Source of the DNA: a virus
IMG/VR virus record: IMGVR_UViG_3300035190_001334
Span: 81,467-145,466 of that record
Strand: one strand, 5' to 3'
DNA length: 64,000 nucleotides
In this document: piece by piece, positions 57,620 to 64,000 of the stretch
Numbering within the stretch: the first letter of the stretch is position 1
Layout of the letters: each line of letters starts with the position of its first letter
Notes under the pieces: generated by a model
Told to the model about the DNA's origin: nothing
Seen by the model: the letters and a program-made list of their open reading frames with translations, nothing else
The model's database searches: none
Position numbers and translations under genes: made by a program

Positions 57620-58481
57620 TTGCCCTATTTGCGGGGAAAATAAACTCAAAATTGTTGCTGAAGGAACCAAGAAGGGCGCTTACTCATGCTATTCAAGCAG
57701 TCAGTGTCATCTTCTCCGTAAAGAAGGTACAGGCTATCAACCAAGCTTAATTTCGGCTAAGATACAAGAGGGAGAATCTCGTCCTCGCCGTAGCTCATCC
57801 CCAAGGCAGATACGGATTCCAAAGCTTCAAGATATAGTTACACCTATCCCGTTAGATTTATCACAAATAGATGTCACTCAATTCTTTTCTGACCTTCCGT
57901 TTGAAAAACCTTGGTCTACCACGTTTGAAGACGGAACCACACTTACCATATATCCTTACGATGATTTTCAGCTCCTTCGCTTAAAACCTAAAAATGAAAA
58001 GAAATTCTTCTACTTCCGAGTTAAACAGTCAGACGGAAGCTGGCTCAATGAAGTCCCGACAACCTTCCGAAACGTCCCAATCTACTTATCAAAGTATGCT
58101 CAATCATCTGTTATTTTCGTTGAAGGAGAAAAATGCGCGGCGGCGCTTCAGCAAATAGGAATCGCAGCACTGAGCTTTCCAAGTTTTGTATATCAACAAA
58201 GCTATCTAGCCAAGTTCATGAGGTGCTTGAGTTACAAGGTGCGTAACATCGTCTATTTAACCGATAATGACGAAGTAGGCGAAGCTAAAGCACAAAAGTT
58301 CTTACATGAAGCATGGAAGTCTGGCATAAACGCATCAAGCTACAATATTGCTGAACTGCTCGGCAAAGAGTCAGAAAAAAATTATGATGCGGCTGACGCA
58401 ATTGAGAATTGGGAAATTTGTACTAGAGAAGAATTATTAGGATTATTAAAAGGATGCAATACACAGAAAGTCTCGGCTTAG
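57543..58481 (+). CDS. DNA primase (Zn finger + TOPRIM)
   Basis: CPIC...CY...C; FVEGEK; DND..G; DAAD. Confidence 0.85.
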   Translation: MGNFLILNYLHKLENVSNHRSWILADCPICGENKLKIVAEGTKKGAYSCYSSSQCHLLRKEGTGYQPSLISAKIQEGESRPRRSSSPRQIRIPKLQDIVTPIPLDLSQIDVTQFFSDLPFEKPWSTTFEDGTTLTIYPYDDFQLLRLKPKNEKKFFYFRVKQSDGSWLNEVPTTFRNVPIYLSKYAQSSVIFVEGEKCAAALQQIGIAALSFPSFVYQQSYLAKFMRCLSYKVRNIVYLTDNDEVGEAKAQKFLHEAWKSGINASSYNIAELLGKESEKNYDAADAIENWEICTREELLGLLKGCNTQKVSA

Positions 58482-60118
58482 AGAAAATTGACTTCACACT
58501 TGAAAATAAAGCACAAATTTTCGCAGAGTACCAACAAGATTTGCGAAACTATATCGATACACTGAGCGACAAAGATTTACAGAACAAAAAGCTGGTCAAG
58601 CGCTACCTTATGTCTTGCCTTGAAAAGAAGTGGTATCCAATTTTGGGCTTCGATTCCAAAGTAATCAATCACGACATTGAAGATATTGTTGCACCCAAAC
58701 CTACATTTGAGCGTAGCGTAAATATTCGCGATATTCTTGCAAGTTATGACCCGACCGACAACTGGCTCATTCCTAACTTTCTTCGTACTTCAGGGCTTTA
58801 CATTTTTGGCGCTGCCCCTAAGACTGGTAAAAGTTTGATGGGCTATCATCTCGCCTACTCATTCATCATCTCAGGTAGATTTTTGGGTATGCCCGTTCGC
58901 AAAGGTAAGGTTCTCTACTTTCAGTTGGAAGAAGACCGCAGAACTATTGCCGAGAGAGCGCACATGACTGGTTTTGGCGCTAAAAACAACAACGAAGTCA
59001 GTTTGCAAGTCAACTTTGACCCCGACTGTTTGGTATTTGAGCGCTTATTTGACGCTACTATCGATATCCCATACCTTCAGCAGCAGATTATTAAGCATCA
59101 GCCTACATTAGTTATCATCGACTCGCTTCGCGCCTCCACAAGTAACAGCGAACACTCAGAAAATACGTCGGAATTTGGTAAAATCATTGCTAAAATTCAA
59201 GCTGTGTTCGTTCAGACCGATACTTGCGGCATTCTCATTCACCACTTCAGTAAACAGGGCGCTAAGGACGGTAAGAAGGGTAATCTGGTAGCTGCCTTAT
59301 CTGGTTCGACTAGTATTGCGTCAAACTCATCGGGAATTATTGGTATTTTCAAGAAAAAAGAGGACGAGTATAGCTCAGACAACAACCTACCAATCACTTT
59401 AACGACCCTTCCACGCCAAGGCAAGCCAATCACTATTGAGTATCGCCAAATTACGCAAGAAGATGGTCTGTGGGGTCTTGAGGTGCTATCCGAGTCTCAA
59501 ACACTTGACGACAACTTAACTGGTAAGTTGCTACGATTCTTCTCAACTAATCCTGACAAAGAGTTTACGTTGAAAGACCTCAGTAATTTAGGTTCTAGTT
59601 TTGAGTTGAAACAAAGTCTGCTATGCCTTGTCGATAATCAGAGCATTATTCAGAAGCATAACGGCACTACTAACGTCTATGCGATGCCGTCTGAGTCACT
59701 TTGGATGATTGAGCCAGAGAAAGCTGCCAAGCAGTACTCACCTGCCGTCCTAGACGCACATAATGCAATGTTGTGTAAAGACAAACGCGCTCTCTACGAC
59801 CTGACTCACGATTGGACTGCCGAACGACGCAAAGCTGCTCTCAAACTTCTCTTTTCTGACGAGGAGCGTGAGCGACTGAAGCAATTGACCACTTCGTTCC
59901 TATATCAAGTTGGCGATGTTGTATCTCATAATGGCGAAGAGTTCACTATTACCGCTAGAAGTGAAAAAGCAAGTCTGCGCGATGTTACCTACACAGTAGT
60001 AGATGAAGCTGGCACAGGGTATGTCCTAGAGGAGATGCTAATTGATGGTATTGCTGGTAATGTAGTTGTTGTAGAGAGTTCAGTTGTAAATGAGGAGATT
60101 ATTGAGGATGAGTTTTAA
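58454..60118 (+). CDS. RecA-like (AAA_25/RepA-type) replicative helicase
   Basis: GAAPKTGKS, VLYFQLEE, LVIIDSL, LIHH..K, GSTSI. Confidence 0.85.
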   Translation: MQYTESLGLEKIDFTLENKAQIFAEYQQDLRNYIDTLSDKDLQNKKLVKRYLMSCLEKKWYPILGFDSKVINHDIEDIVAPKPTFERSVNIRDILASYDPTDNWLIPNFLRTSGLYIFGAAPKTGKSLMGYHLAYSFIISGRFLGMPVRKGKVLYFQLEEDRRTIAERAHMTGFGAKNNNEVSLQVNFDPDCLVFERLFDATIDIPYLQQQIIKHQPTLVIIDSLRASTSNSEHSENTSEFGKIIAKIQAVFVQTDTCGILIHHFSKQGAKDGKKGNLVAALSGSTSIASNSSGIIGIFKKKEDEYSSDNNLPITLTTLPRQGKPITIEYRQITQEDGLWGLEVLSESQTLDDNLTGKLLRFFSTNPDKEFTLKDLSNLGSSFELKQSLLCLVDNQSIIQKHNGTTNVYAMPSESLWMIEPEKAAKQYSPAVLDAHNAMLCKDKRALYDLTHDWTAERRKAALKLLFSDEERERLKQLTTSFLYQVGDVVSHNGEEFTITARSEKASLRDVTYTVVDEAGTGYVLEEMLIDGIAGNVVVVESSVVNEEIIEDEF

Positions 60119-60294
60119 TAGACTATTTCTGCGGTACTATTTGCAAACTACAGCAGTCTTATTTGGTGCAAGTCTATCTGCACTAATACTTACTGCCATC
60201 TACCCTAAAGATGCAAAAGGTTACTTGACTCAGTTTGCTGTGTTTTTTGGCTCTAGTATAGGTATCGTTGTTATCGGTGAGAAGGTAAGGAAAA

Positions 60295-60933
60295 ATGTCT
60301 AGGAAAATTATCTGTTGCTGCGGTTCAATAAACTCTGGTAAAGACTTCATAATGAATCGTCTCCAATCACGATTGATTTATCAGCATCACTACACCATGT
60401 CTACAGTGCGTTGCCGCTTCGCAGACGCATTGAATGAAGCCATTGCACCTATTCTTGGCATTAGTGGTAAAGAACTACAAGACCGTAGCTTGAAGGAAGA
60501 GAAGCGTTTTGTATTTGGCTATAATCGCTCTGGCATCGAGTCTAAGTGGTCTTCGAGAGATGTGCAGAAAAGAGTGGGGCAATTGCTTCGCGAGGAGCTT
60601 GGTGAGGATGTTTTTATCAACGCCATCGATAGGAAATACAGTAATCCCTCAAATATTTTGCTGATTTCAGATTTGCGTTACCAAAATGAGCTAGACTGGG
60701 TACGTGAACAAGGCGGTAAAGTTGTATACATTCACAACGAGAATGCTGCTCAGGCTCAGGAATTAAGAGAGACTACTCATGGTACACATCGTCCACCAGA
60801 GAGTGAAGGGTTGCAGTGGGATTTTTACACCAAGACAGAGACACCTGACTATTGGCTTGATAACAACGACTTCGCTGCTACGCAGCCTTTTGATGATTTT
60901 GTAGAGTTTGTTTTGGATTATTTGGAGAACTAA
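60295..60933 (+). CDS. Deoxynucleoside monophosphate kinase
   Basis: G...SGKD, FADAL, R...Q..G...R, ISDLRY.NE. Confidence 0.85.
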   Translation: MSRKIICCCGSINSGKDFIMNRLQSRLIYQHHYTMSTVRCRFADALNEAIAPILGISGKELQDRSLKEEKRFVFGYNRSGIESKWSSRDVQKRVGQLLREELGEDVFINAIDRKYSNPSNILLISDLRYQNELDWVREQGGKVVYIHNENAAQAQELRETTHGTHRPPESEGLQWDFYTKTETPDYWLDNNDFAATQPFDDFVEFVLDYLEN

Positions 60934-63900
60934 GTGGCAGATAGAATTTTGGCGATTGACATTGAAACTGACAATCTCTTATCAGGTATGCTCGATTATT
61001 CTAGCTTTCCCTACAAGTTGCTTCCTAGCGCGAAGTTGCACTGTGTTGTTGTAAGAAATGTGGAAACAGGTGAGACGCACTCAGCCGAGAGGGAGGAGAT
61101 TACTAAACATTGGCTCAGAACTGTTTTGCATGGTTGCACACATTTGGTTGCTCATAATGGGTTAAAGTTTGATTTTCTAGCTCTTCAGCTATTTGGTGTG
61201 TTCGAGTATACAGTAGGTTATCTAAATCAGCCTGACACCATTTTTGGTCAGCCAGTTCAACTCATAGACACTTTACTTTTATCGAGGCTACTTTCTCCTG
61301 ACCGTTACGATAATGGTGGTGGTCATTCATTAAAGACATGGGGTATTCGTCTTGGAAGCTATAAGGATGATTTCAGGCAAGCTTGTGAAATTGCTGGTTA
61401 TGTAGAGCCTCATGCTCAAAAAGGTGACGAATTTAAGGTGTGGAACCCTTTGATGAGGGGATATTGTGAACAAGATACAGTAGTGACTTCCAAATTATTC
61501 CAGCATCTTTGGGGGCAATTTAACGCATACAAAGGTTGGGCGCAAGCTTTTAAGGCTGAGACTAAAATTGCAGATAAGGCAGTTCGCCGTGAAAACCTCG
61601 GATTTTTCTTTGACCGAGAGCTTGCATTGGAAAATATTGCTTGGCTTGAAATTGAGATGAAGAGAATCTCAGATGCAATCAATCCAATCCTCCCTCCTAA
61701 GCCTTGCAACAAAACCGAGCTTGACCGCTTCACACCTCCTAAAACGCAGCTAAAGACTCACAAAGCCATTTACCTACCTAAGAAGCAGGTTAACAAGGAT
61801 GGTACACTCTCAGCTACACTTATCAAGTGGTTCAATCAACATCCTGAAGTTATCCACGAAGAGCAGAGTGAATTTTTCTGGTTTGAAGAAACTCGCTATC
61901 AATTACCTTATGAAGAAGCTCTTGTACCTGAGTGGACAGAGCCTAGTGAGAATATTCTAAAGTTTGCTGAACAAGTTAGTGGTCGAGTTGAAAACATTGA
62001 TGGTGTGTGGACTTTATTTTACAAAGACCGATTTTATGACTTACCTTTCGATGAACCTCTTGAAACTGAAATTTTAGGAGTAATCGACAACATTGACCAT
62101 GTGAAGCAGTATTTAATTGACCTCGGCTGGAATCCTCTAGAACTGAAGCAAAGGGATTTAACGAAGGACTCTAAGAAGCAATCAATACCTTATGAGAAAC
62201 GTCTTGTGGCATTGCAAAGATATGTCAAAGAGACATTAGAAGATGGCAAGTACAAAGACCAGAGATTAGAAATATTGATGGAAGACAGAATCGAAATTAA
62301 TGAATCGAATCTATTCTCAGTACTCTCTGAAAAAATAAAAGGCAACAAACCAGTATATGTACCCACCTCACCCTGTCTTCGGGTCGGGGTAGAAAAAGAA
62401 ATTTGCCCGAATTTAATTGGTTTGGGTGAAAAGGTGGATTTTGTGAAAGACTTCGCCGCATATTTGACTTATAAGCACCGTAAGAACTCGATAGCAGGTG
62501 GTGTGACCGAGGACTTTGACTATGACGAAGAAAGCCCCCCAACTGGATATTTAGCCCAATATAGAGAGTCTGACGGAAGAATACCTACCCCAGCAATTGA
62601 GATTGGTTGCAATACAACGCGCTACAAGCATATTGGGGTCGCTAATATTCCGCGAGTTAAGAGTGTTTTTGGTGAGCAAATGAGGGCTATGTTTGGCTCT
62701 GGGAAGGACTTCTGGGAATTTGGATTTGATTTCAGTTCGCTCGAAAATTGTATATCTGGACACTATGTAATTCCATTTGAGGGTGGGGCAGAATTAGCTA
62801 AGGCAATGATTGCTGCAAAACCAAATGACTTGCACTCTCTTAATGCTAAAAAACTCGGTATCAGTAGAGATGATGCAAAAAGTTTTAGCTACGCCTGTTT
62901 GCCCATGCAGACTAGGATATTAACTACCGAGGGTTGGAGATATTTTGATGAGCTATCTGAAGGTGATTCTGTTCTCTCTTACAATTCAGAAACTGACGCT
63001 GTTGAACCTGATACAATTCTTAAAAAGCACTTTTTTAGCGATAAAGAAGTTATTAAAGTTGGCAATTCCAGAAGCTCTTTCTTATCTACTGGTGAGCATA
63101 GATGGTATGGCTGGCGGAGAACAGGAAGAGGTAGAACTAGGCGCAAAGTAAATGGGTTTTTCAAAACTGAAGACATTACTTCCGAGTATAACCTTCTACT
63201 TTCTGCCCCTTATGTTGGAGGTACTGCTAATGTGTCTGAAGATGAGGCGGCTTTGTTAGGTTGGATTCTTTCTGATGGCACTATATCTTGGTCTAAGCGT
63301 TCTGACAAAACAAGCGCATCTTTTGGTAAACGCAAGAAAGTATCTGTAACTATTACTCAAGCGGAACACAAATTTATTGATGATATAGAAATTTTGTTAG
63401 GGAAGTTGAACGTAGATTACGGAGTGTATGTCCACCAACTAGAAAACCAAGAAAACGTTAGGGTGTACAGTATTTCTAGTCCTTGGGCAAGAGAATTTCT
63501 AGACCGTATAATTTTCTCTAGGCAAGATAAGCACGACATTAATTGGTCGGAGTGGGTTATTAACCTTCCTCGTAAATCTCTGGAAAGTTTCTTGGAGGCT
63601 TTTTTCAAAGGTGATGGTAACTCTATGTCTAGGGATAGTAAGAACGAATATGTCATTACTCAAAACAAAGGGAATATCTTCGATGCGGTCTTGATTGCTA
63701 TGCAACTTATTGGTGATGGCAGAATAACTATTAATAGTAAAGGAGAAAAATATCCAAATTGCCTAACTTTGAGAAAGCAGCATGGTAGGCACATGACTTG
63801 CCAGAATGTGAGTAAAGAAAATATTGGAGTTCAAGATACTTTTTGTCTCACTACAAACAACTCCACTTTTATTATTTGGCAAGATGACTTCATAGGAATC

Positions 63901-64000
63901 ACAGGCAACTGTCTATATGGCGCTCAACCTGCCAAACTTGCAAAGATGTTGTCTATACCCTTAAGCAAGGCGAAACAACTCTACGCCGATTTCTGGGATG
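60934..64000 (+). CDS. polA: Family A DNA polymerase with 3'-5' exonuclease, intein-interrupted, partial (runs off window; absent from ORF track)
   Basis: GTG 60934; DIETD (ExoI), HNGLKFD (ExoII), GFDFSSLE (motif A), RDDAKSFSYA//CLYG (motif B); frame checked at these motifs. Confidence 0.9.
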   Translation, partial: MADRILAIDIETDNLLSGMLDYSSFPYKLLPSAKLHCVVVRNVETGETHSAEREEITKHWLRTVLHGCTHLVAHNGLKFDFLALQLFGVFEYTVGYLNQPDTIFGQPVQLIDTLLLSRLLSPDRYDNGGGHSLKTWGIRLGSYKDDFRQACEIAGYVEPHAQKGDEFKVWNPLMRGYCEQDTVVTSKLFQHLWGQFNAYKGWAQAFKAETKIADKAVRRENLGFFFDRELALENIAWLEIEMKRISDAINPILPPKPCNKTELDRFTPPKTQLKTHKAIYLPKKQVNKDGTLSATLIKWFNQHPEVIHEEQSEFFWFEETRYQLPYEEALVPEWTEPSENILKFAEQVSGRVENIDGVWTLFYKDRFYDLPFDEPLETEILGVIDNIDHVKQYLIDLGWNPLELKQRDLTKDSKKQSIPYEKRLVALQRYVKETLEDGKYKDQRLEILMEDRIEINESNLFSVLSEKIKGNKPVYVPTSPCLRVGVEKEICPNLIGLGEKVDFVKDFAAYLTYKHRKNSIAGGVTEDFDYDEESPPTGYLAQYRESDGRIPTPAIEIGCNTTRYKHIGVANIPRVKSVFGEQMRAMFGSGKDFWEFGFDFSSLENCISGHYVIPFEGGAELAKAMIAAKPNDLHSLNAKKLGISRDDAKSFSYACLPMQTRILTTEGWRYFDELSEGDSVLSYNSETDAVEPDTILKKHFFSDKEVIKVGNSRSSFLSTGEHRWYGWRRTGRGRTRRKVNGFFKTEDITSEYNLLLSAPYVGGTANVSEDEAALLGWILSDGTISWSKRSDKTSASFGKRKKVSVTITQAEHKFIDDIEILLGKLNVDYGVYVHQLENQENVRVYSISSPWAREFLDRIIFSRQDKHDINWSEWVINLPRKSLESFLEAFFKGDGNSMSRDSKNEYVITQNKGNIFDAVLIAMQLIGDGRITINSKGEKYPNCLTLRKQHGRHMTCQNVSKENIGVQDTFCLTTNNSTFIIWQDDFIGITGNCLYGAQPAKLAKMLSIPLSKAKQLYADFWD
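62896..63909 (+). mobile_element. Intein with LAGLIDADG homing endonuclease (338 aa)
   Basis: Starts CLPMQTRILTTEGW, ends IGITGN before Cys+1; LLGWILSDG and FLEAFFKGDG motifs. Confidence 0.92.

Noticed and set aside
424-63705. Numerous 60-160 aa ORFs antisense to or nested in the called genes (e.g. 647-1138, 29434-29898, 61416-61733)
   Set aside because: Shadow frames of longer genes with recognisable motifs; no RBS or motif support

Overview
This window is an internal segment of a large tailed dsDNA phage genome. The host is probably a cyanobacterium, inferred from the tmRNA tag peptide, boxA-like motifs and the IscB type. Positions 1-17.1 kb are mostly on the minus strand and carry virion and packaging genes: Mu-like prohead protease, gpF-like head protein, LamG/tail-fibre proteins, TerL and a TerS candidate. 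A ~1.7 kb non-coding divergence region follows, with tandem sigma70 promoters. From 18.8 kb to the end, genes are almost all on the plus strand. That arm holds a long array of small early genes punctuated by structured RNA elements, an IscB-omegaRNA locus, a tRNA/ncRNA cluster, and a replication module (Erf, SSB, dUTPase, exonuclease, primase, helicase, dNMP kinase, and an intein-containing PolA that runs off the window). The most unusual content is RNA. (i) A ~380-nt RNA with two circularly permuted tRNA-like domains lies next to a conserved uncharacterised gene. (ii) A permuted two-piece tmRNA encodes a tag ending AVAV. (iii) A ~250-nt pseudoknotted element occurs twice, each time in a cassette whose long-range stem encloses a different cargo ORF. 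(iv) A type II hammerhead ribozyme lies between early genes. Protein calls come from motifs recognised by eye, and no database searches were run.
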